Source: Escherichia phage P896. From it: a stretch of 64,000 nt of DNA. Positions 46,909 to 56,077 of this stretch are shown one piece after another. The stretch is from sequence record OL451225.1. One strand, written 5' to 3'. The notes beneath the pieces were generated by a model that saw only the letters and a list, made by a program, of their open reading frames with translations, was not told the origin of the DNA and ran no database searches. The number at the start of each line of letters is the position of its first letter. Positions within the stretch are counted from its first letter, which is position 1. The translations under genes and the position numbers were made by a program.

Positions 46909-47361
46909 TTATCCGAAAATTTGAGTCATTACCTTGTACATCGATTTACCCATCACGTATTGCCATTGGCTCGGTTTAATCAGAGCAAATGCATCAAACT
47001 CTGGGACTGTACTGCCATCCGGAAAGGTATGATAGGCAGAGCATTTACTGTGTCTGAATTGTTCATGCTCGACAGGAACCGTATACAAAAACAGGTGAAG
47101 GTTTTTGTTATCTGAATAACGGAACTCACCGAGGTCTTTTAAGAATGCCGGGTCGTATTGGGTAAACCCAGTTTCTTCTTCGGTTTCACGAATAGCCGCT
47201 TCAATTGGGGATTCATCAGCTTCAACATGACCCTTAGGGATGTCCCATTTGTGTGCAGGCATACCTGGTTTACGAGAACCGGTCACACGACCCATGAATA
47301 ACTCTTTATCTTCGGTCATGAAAATAATGCCAGCAGATAATTCCTTCACTTTCTTACTCAT
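46909..47361 (-). CDS. nudE: Nudix hydrolase NudE
   Basis: Nudix box GHVEADESPIEAAIRETEEETGF; position next to e as T4 e.1/nudE; start set at MSKKVKEL. Confidence 0.85.
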   Translation of the reverse strand: MSKKVKELSAGIIFMTEDKELFMGRVTGSRKPGMPAHKWDIPKGHVEADESPIEAAIRETEEETGFTQYDPAFLKDLGEFRYSDNKNLHLFLYTVPVEHEQFRHSKCSAYHTFPDGSTVPEFDAFALIKPSQWQYVMGKSMYKVMTQIFG

Positions 47362-47590
47362 CGTCACGTTCCCAAGATTTTTTAAAGATTTCGGCCATAA
47401 TAATTTCAACGCGTGTTTCTGTTGATGGGCTTTCACTATCAGTTATTTGCACCATATAGTCAGAAATCGGGCAGAACATATCCAAGTCAGTTTCTAAATC
47501 ATCTTTGATTTTCTCTTCTGATGTACCTGTATCATAGGAATACAGATAAGAATCACATGACTCGGATTTAATATAAATTGCAATACTCAT
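47354..47590 (-). CDS. Hypothetical acidic protein (78 aa)
   Basis: ORF track. Confidence 0.5.
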   Translation of the reverse strand: MSIAIYIKSESCDSYLYSYDTGTSEEKIKDDLETDLDMFCPISDYMVQITDSESPSTETRVEIIMAEIFKKSWERDDE

Positions 47591-48171
47591 TTACGGCATT
47601 CCTCAATAAAAGAGTTTAATGTATTTTTCTTGGCGATATCATCATATACCTTTTTAACTTTAGAAATACGAAAAGGTACTTCAATAGCCATAGTCCATAA
47701 AAATGATGCAATAAGTCCAACAGCAGCAGAAGAAATGCACGCGCCCATTACAGCCACAGGTGCTTCATTTTTACCCGTCAAGAAAAACCACAGGATTGGT
47801 AAAAATAAGATTCCAGCCCAGGCATAAAACCTGGAACAAATTAACTTATCAAATTCATCTTTCCAGGTACGAAATCCATATTTCTTGCTATAAGAAATTA
47901 ATGGGTCGGGTGTCTGTTCTTTGAGTGGTTCCGGTTGATACCCATTAACAATATATCCCATTTTATATTCCTTAATTAAAAGCTCTTTCACATGACGATT
48001 GCATCGCGACCAATCAACATTTTCCACCTTGATTCCTTCATCACCATCGTCAAGGTTCGCCCAATATTTTTTGGTAATCATAAATTCATCTCTTGATACA
48101 ATTATACCTGCATTTTCTGCCCGACGGATGAAGTTTACATCAACACCCATACAACCAGGTTCATACAGCAT
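47587..48171 (-). CDS. Membrane protein (194 aa) with C-terminal FIEECRK tail
   Basis: C-terminal TM helices; shares terminal FI.EC[RK] motif with 52421/52761/53095 ORFs. Confidence 0.55.
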   Translation of the reverse strand: MLYEPGCMGVDVNFIRRAENAGIIVSRDEFMITKKYWANLDDGDEGIKVENVDWSRCNRHVKELLIKEYKMGYIVNGYQPEPLKEQTPDPLISYSKKYGFRTWKDEFDKLICSRFYAWAGILFLPILWFFLTGKNEAPVAVMGACISSAAVGLIASFLWTMAIEVPFRISKVKKVYDDIAKKNTLNSFIEECRK

Positions 48172-48857
48172 TACCAGCCCTCCATAGGAAATTCCAGATA
48201 TACTTGAGCATTAACGCGGATTTCATTGGTGATTTTATTAACGCGGTCAGTTTTACGAGATACGCGACCAAACCAGCGCCAACCATTACCAACCGTTTTT
48301 GTTCCAGTATGCCAGGTCTGCCAGTTGAATTCACACAACGTGCGGTCAGGAGCTTCTTGAACTAAAAGTTCACCCGCCTTGATTTTTTCCAGAACTTCCT
48401 GATGCCACTGGCGATAGATAAGTTCGCCATCAGGAATCTGACTGAATTCTGAAGTTCCCAGAGCAAAATGAGTAGGGCAAACAGAAGCGTTAACCAGACC
48501 CAGGATGTGTTCAGAATGGTAACGAGGGTTATCATAATCAGGTTGTCCTGCTGTAATAAAATGTTGTCCTGCTGGAATATCTGGACGTGGTACATCATCA
48601 TGGTGATACCCAGGGATAGCAGGATACCAACCAGGCATCAACATATGGACGCGAGAGTCAAATACAACCTGGTCAGTGTTCCAATCATCCGGCAGGTTCA
48701 TGATGAAGCTGCGAGTAATAGGACCGCCATTATCAAAAGCGAAGGCTAACGAGCTGTTGAAGAACATAGTTTCGTTTTTGATTTTATCGTTAGAAATTTT
48801 ACCAGCAAATTGACCAACTTCACGCATTTGACTATTAAAAGTTTTTGAGCTATTCAT
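48171..48857 (-). CDS. Hypothetical protein (~228 aa)
   Basis: Start set at MNSSKTFNS with GAGGAAA RBS; His/Asp-rich segment GYHHDD. Confidence 0.55.
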   Translation of the reverse strand: MNSSKTFNSQMREVGQFAGKISNDKIKNETMFFNSSLAFAFDNGGPITRSFIMNLPDDWNTDQVVFDSRVHMLMPGWYPAIPGYHHDDVPRPDIPAGQHFITAGQPDYDNPRYHSEHILGLVNASVCPTHFALGTSEFSQIPDGELIYRQWHQEVLEKIKAGELLVQEAPDRTLCEFNWQTWHTGTKTVGNGWRWFGRVSRKTDRVNKITNEIRVNAQVYLEFPMEGW

Positions 48858-48867
48858 GATATTTTCC

Positions 48868-49104
48868 TCAGTATTCTTCATCATATTCAAAGTCTTCATC
48901 AAACTCGGGTTCCAGAGAAATTTCTTCTTCCGGGTGGAATTCACAAGGGAAGTATTCCACTTCACCACAATCGGCGTCATAGGACTGGAAATCAATTTGG
49001 ATTACGGTTTCGGATACAACAATAACTTCAGCAACCAAGTCACCTGCAATTTCCATTCCAACTTTAACATCTTTAGCTTTGATAGTATTCATTTTATTCT
49101 CCAA
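48868..49104 (-). CDS. Hypothetical acidic protein (78 aa)
   Basis: ORF track; family B promoter upstream. Confidence 0.5.
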   Translation of the reverse strand: MENKMNTIKAKDVKVGMEIAGDLVAEVIVVSETVIQIDFQSYDADCGEVEYFPCEFHPEEEISLEPEFDEDFEYDEEY

Positions 49105-49158
49105 TTTGGTAACTCAGTATGGAATCATTATGCACTGACTCCATACTGATGTACACAC
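49105..49158 (-). promoter_or_regulatory. T4-type early promoter + leader (family B)
   Basis: Minus GTGTACATCAGTATGGAGTCAGTGCATAATGATTCCATACTGAGTTACCAAATTGGAGAAT. Confidence 0.6.
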
Positions 49159-50118
49159 TTATTTTGTGAAAGGACGAATTAAATGTTGGTTAGCCTTAAA
49201 GCGTTTAACATAGTCTTCGCGACCCAGGGTGTTGTACATATTAACCACTTCCTGGTAATGTTCCCAGGCATACTCGCGGAACCATCCAGAAGTAATGGAG
49301 GTACAGACTTTTTCCAGCGCAATATGGAAGCTCACAGATGGAGAGATATTGAACTCATTAGGAACCTGCGAACGCTCCAGAGCGAGCACACATGCTTCTT
49401 CATAAACCCCTGCCAGTTTAATAATCTCAGGGAGTGCTTCAAATTTTTCACGCGAGGTCATGACTTCTGAATCATCCTTCATATAAAACTTATATGCAGG
49501 CTTATCAGCAAGCGCCACAGCCTCGTGGATGGAGTCATGGTCAAGGGTGTAGATTGTATCATTAAAGAAAGTTTTCTTGCCCACGTCTAGTTTAGGGTGA
49601 CTGTATGACAGTGTTTCTGCCTGACGCTGCAGCATGATTTTCTGCAGTTCATCATTAAGAACAATACCCTTATTGCGAAGGTAATTAATATGACTCATGG
49701 TCTTCAGGAAGAATGGATTGTTCTTCAGGTAACGATGAGACAATTTAATCGCCAGACAAATATCAGGCGTCGCCCAATAGAAACCTGTAAGACGGTCTTT
49801 CTTAATATGATTTTCAGCGTATTTCAAGAGACGATAACTTGAGGTGAAATCTTCGTCTTGAAGCTCACCAGTAATTTCTCGTACGTTGGTCAGGGCACGG
49901 ACAATATAAGCTTCAAAATAGGTTTCTTTGCCATTGTACATACATTTAAAAGCTTGGACATCAGGGTTATCCACAGGAACATGAGCACCGAACATACGTG
50001 CTTTAAAGTGGTTCCAAGAACCCTGGTCAGCGATAAAGTCCCAATCAGAGTTTTCAATTTTCTGACTTTCAATCAGACCAGCGTTATGTAATGCACGAGA
50101 ACCAATAACTAACATCAT
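49159..50118 (-). CDS. Hypothetical protein (319 aa)
   Basis: Long ORF, no motif recognised. Confidence 0.65.
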   Translation of the reverse strand: MMLVIGSRALHNAGLIESQKIENSDWDFIADQGSWNHFKARMFGAHVPVDNPDVQAFKCMYNGKETYFEAYIVRALTNVREITGELQDEDFTSSYRLLKYAENHIKKDRLTGFYWATPDICLAIKLSHRYLKNNPFFLKTMSHINYLRNKGIVLNDELQKIMLQRQAETLSYSHPKLDVGKKTFFNDTIYTLDHDSIHEAVALADKPAYKFYMKDDSEVMTSREKFEALPEIIKLAGVYEEACVLALERSQVPNEFNISPSVSFHIALEKVCTSITSGWFREYAWEHYQEVVNMYNTLGREDYVKRFKANQHLIRPFTK

Positions 50119-50309
50119 AATATTTTCCTCATTAGTAAAGACGAGTTACTTCATATTTTCCAAGTGCCGATTTTTTCGCTTCAATTCGTGAGGCAGCAAG
50201 ATTGGCGGCCTCTAGTGAAGAAAATTGAACCACTTGAGAAGTATTCTGTCTTACTCCACCTTGCGGGTGAGTGACAAAAACAATAAGAACATTATACATA
50301 ATATTTTCC

Positions 50310-50510
50310 TCAAATAATACCGTATGCGTAAATATCTCTTTTAATGCAGGAAACTACTTCTTCCAGAGAATCACAAACACGTTCTGTGACGCCTGCGTAA
50401 TCACCACTGATGGTTACTTTAATGCCATCAGAAACTTCCTGGAGATTAACCTCCAGTTGGTTGACTTTGGCTTCGTTCAGAACTTTGATTAATTCGTTTG
50501 CGATAGACAT
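50310..50510 (-). CDS. Hypothetical protein (66 aa)
   Basis: ORF track. Confidence 0.45.
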   Translation of the reverse strand: MSIANELIKVLNEAKVNQLEVNLQEVSDGIKVTISGDYAGVTERVCDSLEEVVSCIKRDIYAYGII

Positions 50511-50574
50511 TTTTATTCTCCTGTTCTGATAACGTGATTGTCATCAGTTGATAGGAGTATAGTAACACAGTTTT

Positions 50575-50919
50575 TTAGACTTGTATACTGCTTCTACAAT
50601 ATTCTAAAAATAATTTATCGTTGTCTACCGTATCCCAACGACGCCAAGATGGATTCCAGACCAGAGCGTTGTCACCGCAATCATTGAGCTTAAAATGGTC
50701 GTAGTACATAGCTATATGTCTGGTTTCGTCACCAGAGAACCCCAGTATAGGCTCACCGTGAGTATGATACATATGATGATGCATTGAGAGGTCGCATTTG
50801 TAAAACATCTCACGTTTACCACGAACGAACAAGAAGGCTTGCCCATTCATATAGAATTCTTTATCTGTTTTCAAAAGATATTTGAATACCGAATCTTTAT
50901 GCATAATTCCTCCTACCAC
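50575..50919 (-). CDS. His-rich protein (114 aa), possible metal-binding
   Basis: HHHMYHTHGEPILGFSGD cluster. Confidence 0.5.
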   Translation of the reverse strand: MVGGIMHKDSVFKYLLKTDKEFYMNGQAFLFVRGKREMFYKCDLSMHHHMYHTHGEPILGFSGDETRHIAMYYDHFKLNDCGDNALVWNPSWRRWDTVDNDKLFLEYCRSSIQV

Positions 50920-50934
50920 ATCCTTGTGATTAAA

Positions 50935-51162
50935 TTATTTTCCTAACGAAATGCGAGTAGGTTTTTTACCGAAATATTCTTCATAGGAACCATCTAAACG
51001 ACCCGCTTTAGACCGACAATACGAATCATACTTTTTGTAATAAGCCAACTCGGTATTGTAACGTGGATGTCTATCAGCCATAATAATACTTAACGGCCAA
51101 CCTTTGGCGTAATCACGAAGACCATTTATTTTACGAATATATCTTTTCTTTAATTTTAACAT
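50935..51162 (-). CDS. Hypothetical basic protein (75 aa)
   Basis: ORF track. Confidence 0.45.
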   Translation of the reverse strand: MLKLKKRYIRKINGLRDYAKGWPLSIIMADRHPRYNTELAYYKKYDSYCRSKAGRLDGSYEEYFGKKPTRISLGK

Positions 51163-51389
51163 GAACTTGGGTACCAGATTTTACCATCGGCACTAGCAAC
51201 GAAGGTGCGACCAGCTTCTTCCCCATAACAAGAGCTGTTCAACCAGTCTTCAAGACGGACTTCGCCGTCATAATCATCAAGCTCAACACCAAAATCTTGA
51301 GCAGAAGCCATATCTTTTACTTTCTTATACAGTGCAGCCAGTTCAAGGGCGGCTTTTTCTAATTCAGCACGTTCAACAGCAGTAGTCAT
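51156..51389 (-). CDS. Hypothetical protein (77 aa)
   Basis: ORF track. Confidence 0.45.
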   Translation of the reverse strand: MTTAVERAELEKAALELAALYKKVKDMASAQDFGVELDDYDGEVRLEDWLNSSCYGEEAGRTFVASADGKIWYPSSC

Positions 51390-51398
51390 TTTATCACC

Positions 51399-51626
51399 TT
51401 AGCAAGACATAGAGGAGTTAAACCAGAAACCTTTACCATCTGGGATACCGTAATCACCACGAATCCAGTCATACTCTTCGTATTCTGGACAACCCGCAGG
51501 AATATATCGTTGAAGACTGTCAGCATACACATGAAAGTATTCACCAGTTTTATCGGCCAGTTGTTCACCTTCACAGATTAGTGCACGGATTTGGTCTTCA
51601 ATTTCTTTAACAGTTTTAGCAGTCAT
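51399..51626 (-). CDS. Small protein, W-x-S-S-x-x-C C-terminal family member 1 (75 aa)
   Basis: C-terminus GFWFNSSMSC. Confidence 0.55.
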   Translation of the reverse strand: MTAKTVKEIEDQIRALICEGEQLADKTGEYFHVYADSLQRYIPAGCPEYEEYDWIRGDYGIPDGKGFWFNSSMSC

Positions 51627-51635
51627 TTTATTTCC

Positions 51636-51833
51636 TTAGCATTCATAAGAGGAGGACACCCAGGAGCCACCCGTAATTGTAATACAGCCATTGTAAATCG
51701 TGATATGACGGTCCAGATGGTTTTCACCTTCGATATAGATATCAGCTTCTTCACGCTCTTCTTTACAAATCTGGATAACGTTTTCAATAGCTGCCGCGGC
51801 AGTACGGATTGCACAATCTAGTTCACGAGACAT
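51636..51833 (-). CDS. Small protein, W-V-S-S-S-x-x-C family member 2 (65 aa)
   Basis: C-terminus GGSWVSSSYEC. Confidence 0.55.
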   Translation of the reverse strand: MSRELDCAIRTAAAAIENVIQICKEEREEADIYIEGENHLDRHITIYNGCITITGGSWVSSSYEC

Positions 51834-51842
51834 AATAATTCC

Positions 51843-52124
51843 TTAACATTCAGCAGAAGAGGACACCCAACCACCATTTTCCAGGTCAGTTGTATAGTCA
51901 TGAGTATTAACAATAGCCCATTCAGGATGACCATGTTCTTCCCAATGAGCAAGGTCAGCTTTCAGGGCACCAGGAGAATAATAGTCACCGCCCATACCGC
52001 GAGCAGGGTATATATTAAAATGAGTCTCATATTTGTCTGCAATTTCCTCGGCACGACGAATAGCTTTATGGATGTCATTTACTGCGTTAGCCAGTTCTTT
52101 ATTTTTACGGTAATCATTCATCAT
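51843..52124 (-). CDS. Small protein, W-V-S-S-S-x-x-C family member 3 (93 aa)
   Basis: C-terminus NGGWVSSSAEC. Confidence 0.55.
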   Translation of the reverse strand: MMNDYRKNKELANAVNDIHKAIRRAEEIADKYETHFNIYPARGMGGDYYSPGALKADLAHWEEHGHPEWAIVNTHDYTTDLENGGWVSSSAEC

Positions 52125-52133
52125 AACGTTTCC

Positions 52134-52424
52134 TTAGCACATTGCCGAAGAGGAGACCCAAGCACCAACTGTAACGACACCGTTTTCAACTTCACCGCCG
52201 TTGTTTTCAATTTCATTTTTAAACCACTGGGAGCATTCATAACCGACAGGATAATATGTACGGCCCGAACCATAATCACCGGTACCAAATTGGATACCAT
52301 ATTCATCTGCGATTTCTTCACAGTGTTTTTCAATTTCAGAGGTCTTATTTAGAAGAGAATAGATAGCTTTTTCTGCAGATTTCTCATCATAATACTTGGG
52401 GATAGCAATTTCAATTTTATTCAT
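52134..52424 (-). CDS. Small protein, W-V-S-S-S-x-x-C family member 4 (96 aa)
   Basis: C-terminus VGAWVSSSAMC. Confidence 0.55.
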   Translation of the reverse strand: MNKIEIAIPKYYDEKSAEKAIYSLLNKTSEIEKHCEEIADEYGIQFGTGDYGSGRTYYPVGYECSQWFKNEIENNGGEVENGVVTVGAWVSSSAMC

Positions 52425-52774
52425 GATTTACATTCCTTAATAAAGGTTTCAAGTTCATTGCGTTTTGTTTTGTCTAGGAACTTATTATACTCAGCCATTG
52501 CTGAAGCATATCTCTTCCGACTAGGAGCATTCACGGCATTTGTGTGACAGATATCATACACAACAGGGATAAAATAAGACACAACAGCCGGAGCGATTAT
52601 CATAAAGAAGCCCATCTCAATAGGCATCACTCCCTCGATTGCAGCCATAACCGTGGTCATTACCAGGCCAACCAGGCCGCCAAGCATGGCGGTGACAATC
52701 CCTAATAATAAATTGGCACCAATATCATATTCAGCCAATTGATAAACATGTGATGCAAGACTAGGCCGTTCCAT
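52421..52774 (-). CDS. Membrane protein (~117 aa) with C-terminal ETFIKECKS
   Basis: Start at MERPSL with AGGAGG RBS; TM helices. Confidence 0.55.
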   Translation of the reverse strand: MERPSLASHVYQLAEYDIGANLLLGIVTAMLGGLVGLVMTTVMAAIEGVMPIEMGFFMIIAPAVVSYFIPVVYDICHTNAVNAPSRKRYASAMAEYNKFLDKTKRNELETFIKECKS

Positions 52775-53120
52775 TACGAACCTCCTTAATAAATTCTTCG
52801 GCGCATTTAATTTTGTGCTCTTCTTGTAGGGAAACACATTTTTGTTCCCACTCTTTAACTCGTCCACGATATCCTTTATTCATATGATTTTGATGCCACA
52901 CATTTATCAATACCATACACAGGACTGTAATAAAAGGAGCTGCAATTACTAGCGTCCAGGCGACTCCAACACTAATGATATTCATATCCCCACAAAGCAC
53001 CATCATTATAACCCCAACGATGCACATGGACAAAGCTCCAAATGGAGGCATAAGGTCTTTATCAATCTTGTCTGCGTATACAAATTTTTCTGGTTTACTT
53101 GGCAGATATAACGTTCGCAT
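52761..53120 (-). CDS. Membrane protein (~119 aa) with C-terminal EEFIKEVRNG
   Basis: Start at MRTLYL with AAGGGG RBS; TM helices. Confidence 0.55.
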   Translation of the reverse strand: MRTLYLPSKPEKFVYADKIDKDLMPPFGALSMCIVGVIMMVLCGDMNIISVGVAWTLVIAAPFITVLCMVLINVWHQNHMNKGYRGRVKEWEQKCVSLQEEHKIKCAEEFIKEVRNGTA

Positions 53121-53667
53121 TTTTAACCCCTTTAGCATATTCACGACATTCAGCAATAAAACGATTAAGCTTACGTTTCCGTTTACGACTCTCTAATGTG
53201 TACTCAGCCGCCAAATCAAGAAGCTCATCTTTATCATAATTTTTAATATCAGTATAAGTTGGGCGGCGGTCAACCATTCCAAAGTGGTCACCATTTTCCA
53301 ACATCAAATAACACACCAAATGGTCATCATCGTTCGCATTAATAAGTTGCCTATAATCATCTGGGTCATTTAACGCATACACGGAATAACTCAGCCCACC
53401 GAATTCCACTCGTTGAATACCTAGATTTACATCAATAATTTCCAAGGCATCTGCAAAAGAAAGGTCTTCAGCTAAAGCAAAAATAAAAGGCAATTTTGTA
53501 GTATCACCGCGGCTAGTTGTTCTTCTTAAGAAATCATTGGAATAACCCAAGTCACCGCGGATTCTATAAAGAACTGTGTTAGTTTCAGTGGCAAGACCAC
53601 TACCGCCAAACCAGTCTACATTTGATAGAAGGTCAGTATATAAGCTCATAATTTTCTCCTCTCCCAA
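53095..53667 (-). CDS. Hypothetical protein (190 aa) with C-terminal RFIAECREY
   Basis: ORF track; GGGGC-AAAG-CCCCC hairpin upstream. Confidence 0.55.
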   Translation of the reverse strand: MGEEKIMSLYTDLLSNVDWFGGSGLATETNTVLYRIRGDLGYSNDFLRRTTSRGDTTKLPFIFALAEDLSFADALEIIDVNLGIQRVEFGGLSYSVYALNDPDDYRQLINANDDDHLVCYLMLENGDHFGMVDRRPTYTDIKNYDKDELLDLAAEYTLESRKRKRKLNRFIAECREYAKGVKNANVISAK

Positions 53668-53692
53668 TTAGGGGGCAAAGCCCCCTTTTATC

Positions 53693-54286
53693 TTACTTAA
53701 GTGAATTGATGTATTCTTCAATGTCAGCGGACGTGGTATCCACACCAACCTGTGGACCTTTGAAGGTTTCAACACGCATCAGAGTGTCTTCAATATCAAT
53801 CTTGGTCAATGCAGCGATTTCAACAACATCATCTGCGGTTGCAATACCTAGGGCAGACACCTTACGGGTTTCGCGGATGTATTCCAGTTTAACAGCTAGT
53901 TCCTGACGAGAGTCATCCAGCTCTTTAACTTTCAATTTAATTTCATTACGCATTTCAACATAATCATCTGCCTTCTTACGAAGTTGTTTAGCAGTGCGAC
54001 GATACAGGAGACCCAGTTTAGCATGGACCTGGACATCAGCACCATCAGCAATCAGTTTTCGGATTTCACGCTCTTTTGAAGCGGCAAGCTGGTCTTTTTC
54101 ATTCGCTAACTCGCGGATGCGTTTTTCTTCATTAACAGACTTAACATGGGCAGTCTGGAGCTCAGTAATCTTATCAATCAGGGTAGAAGCTGCTTTAGTA
54201 TACTGGTCTTCAATAGACAGGTTTTGCGCCATTGCAGTACCCAGTTTGGAGCGGATGAATTCAACAATTTTCTTTAAAGTATTCAT
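53693..54286 (-). CDS. Coiled-coil protein (197 aa), PspA/IM30-like in composition
   Basis: Long amphipathic helical heptad-rich sequence; assignment tentative. Confidence 0.45.
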   Translation of the reverse strand: MNTLKKIVEFIRSKLGTAMAQNLSIEDQYTKAASTLIDKITELQTAHVKSVNEEKRIRELANEKDQLAASKEREIRKLIADGADVQVHAKLGLLYRRTAKQLRKKADDYVEMRNEIKLKVKELDDSRQELAVKLEYIRETRKVSALGIATADDVVEIAALTKIDIEDTLMRVETFKGPQVGVDTTSADIEEYINSLK

Positions 54287-54361
54287 GGTATTTCCTTCAG
54301 ATGGTTAAAGTTTTATTATCCAGGGAACATACTATCATGTTCCCAGAGGTATGTAAACATT

Positions 54362-54790
54362 TTATTTCATTTTTGCGAGGCAGATTTCATTGGCTTCCCA
54401 TTGAGCTTGCTTAATAATAGCTTTGGATACAGGAACCTTTTGACCATAAGTTTTTGACGTTGAGAGAACAATATATTTGTTTGCCTCATTATGCCAACCC
54501 CATGATTTTTCACCATGAGTACCTTTAACTACAGCTGACACCTCAACAGAACAACCATCAGCGCCAATCTTGGTATCAACAATCCATTCATTTCGCTTAA
54601 TTGCTTCTTCCAATGCTGCCGCTTCCGCCATCCAGTGCGTTTCAGGGTCTATTTGTTCAATCTCACGAGTTAACGCAGCTCCCAGGTCTTTTGCATATTT
54701 TTGTTGCTCTGGGGTTAATGAGTCATATAACTTTTTCATTTCTTTATCTTCAATATTCATAATATTTTCCTCAGGGGGCTTTCGCCCCAA
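54362..54790 (-). CDS. Hypothetical protein (142 aa)
   Basis: ORF track. Confidence 0.5.
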   Translation of the reverse strand: MGRKPPEENIMNIEDKEMKKLYDSLTPEQQKYAKDLGAALTREIEQIDPETHWMAEAAALEEAIKRNEWIVDTKIGADGCSVEVSAVVKGTHGEKSWGWHNEANKYIVLSTSKTYGQKVPVSKAIIKQAQWEANEICLAKMK

Positions 54791-54794
54791 TCAT

Positions 54795-55100
54795 TTAGAT
54801 TTTGTTTTCCTGCACACCATAATAAAGTTCATCAGACACAATATCCAGGATGCGGCGAACATATTCATCATGGTATTGGCAGTCAAAATCAAATGCAACA
54901 GTAGTTTCCGCTTCACGAGTGAATTTAACTTGCACATTCAGGTGATTAACAACGTTAGTTAATTTATCAGTAAAGAACTCTTTTGCTACCGCCTGTTGGA
55001 CTTGCACTTTGAACTTGGTGTTACGAATCATATTTTCAGCAGATGCGAAATTACCAGTTTTATCAAAGTCAACAAGCGCCAGGTTGATGATGAATTTCAT
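54795..55100 (-). CDS. Hypothetical protein (101 aa)
   Basis: ORF track; family B promoter upstream. Confidence 0.5.
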   Translation of the reverse strand: MKFIINLALVDFDKTGNFASAENMIRNTKFKVQVQQAVAKEFFTDKLTNVVNHLNVQVKFTREAETTVAFDFDCQYHDEYVRRILDIVSDELYYGVQENKI

Positions 55101-55181
55101 TTTATTCTCCAGTGTTTTATTTGGTAACTCAGTATGGAATCATTATGCCTTAAAGCAGGGGGCTTGTATACCCCTTTTTAA
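55101..55181 (-). promoter_or_regulatory. T4-type early promoter + leader (family B)
   Basis: Minus GGTATACAAGCCCCCTGCTTTAAGGCATAATGATTCCATACTGAGTTACCAAATAAAACACTGGAGAAT. Confidence 0.6.
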
Positions 55182-55625
55182 TTAAATTTCAAATTCTTTG
55201 CGGAAGTTGGAAGCATAAGACTGAACTGATGCTTTGTTGAATCCAAACTCACGCACAATCATATCAATAACAGCTCTGCGAGCAGCACCATTAGACATAT
55301 TAACAGTTTTGAACATATCATAGCATAAATCTTTGTTGCTCATACCGGAGCGTTTAGGTGCCTTACGTTCAGCTTTTGGTTCAGCTTTAGGAGTAGGTTT
55401 AACTTCTGGTTTAACCTGTCCATCATTCAGACCTTTAAAAATTTTACCTGCCAGAGTTGCCAGTTTAGCAGCTTCGCCACGAGTGATACCAAATACTGCC
55501 GGGTTAAATGAAATACCTTCAGCTGTCAGACGTTTGAAGAACATACGTGCTGCGGATTGTGCTTCAGCTTCAGAAGAGTTGTTTAATGCCAGTTTAACAT
55601 ACTTAACCAGTTTTGAAGTTTTCAT
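55182..55625 (-). CDS. Hypothetical protein (147 aa), shared C-terminal domain with 56078..56503
   Basis: C-terminus NGAARRAVIDMIVREFGFNKASVQSYASNFRKEFEI. Confidence 0.55.
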   Translation of the reverse strand: MKTSKLVKYVKLALNNSSEAEAQSAARMFFKRLTAEGISFNPAVFGITRGEAAKLATLAGKIFKGLNDGQVKPEVKPTPKAEPKAERKAPKRSGMSNKDLCYDMFKTVNMSNGAARRAVIDMIVREFGFNKASVQSYASNFRKEFEI

Positions 55626-55698
55626 TTTATTATCCCGTTTGTTTATTTGTTAACTCAGTATGGAATCATTATGCCTTAGTTAAATTCCAAAGTACATA
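55626..55698 (-). promoter_or_regulatory. T4-type early promoter + leader (family B)
   Basis: Minus ...CATAATGATTCCATACTGAGTTAACAAATAAACAAACGGGAT. Confidence 0.55.
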
Positions 55699-55995
55699 TT
55701 AATTTTCAGAAGTTGGGAAATAAACTTCAAAGTCATACATGTTTACTACTGCAGACGCGATTGCTTGGTACTGCATACCCAAGAAAGTTTTCTTGTTCTT
55801 ACGCCACAAGTTAACCATTTCTGTTTTGATGCATGCCAGGGAGTAGTTGGATGCAGGATACTGTTTGATGATTGCAACAACTTCTTCAGAAGCAGTTTCG
55901 CACAATTCATTCAGTTGAGCTTCAATTTTAGCAGAAATGATTGCTTTGTTTTCTTCTTGAGCTTGGGTAGCGTGCCATGCAGGTGCGTTGAACAT
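55699..55995 (-). CDS. Hypothetical protein (98 aa)
   Basis: ORF track. Confidence 0.5.
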   Translation of the reverse strand: MFNAPAWHATQAQEENKAIISAKIEAQLNELCETASEEVVAIIKQYPASNYSLACIKTEMVNLWRKNKKTFLGMQYQAIASAVVNMYDFEVYFPTSEN

Positions 55996-56077
55996 TTTAT
56001 TCTCCAGTGTTTTATTTGTTAACTCAGTATGGGATAATTATACACTATCCCACCTGGAAGTAAAACACTTTTCTCAA
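55996..56077 (-). promoter_or_regulatory. T4-type early promoter + leader (family B/A hybrid)
   Basis: Minus GTGTTTTACTTCCAGGTGGGATAGTGTATAATTATCCCATACTGAGTTAACAAATAAAACACTGGAGAAT. Confidence 0.55.

Noticed and set aside
53693-54286. Assignment of the 197-aa coiled-coil protein as a bona fide PspA/ESCRT-III homolog
   Set aside because: Only compositional and coiled-coil resemblance could be judged by eye; kept as a tentative feature note, not promoted to a finding.
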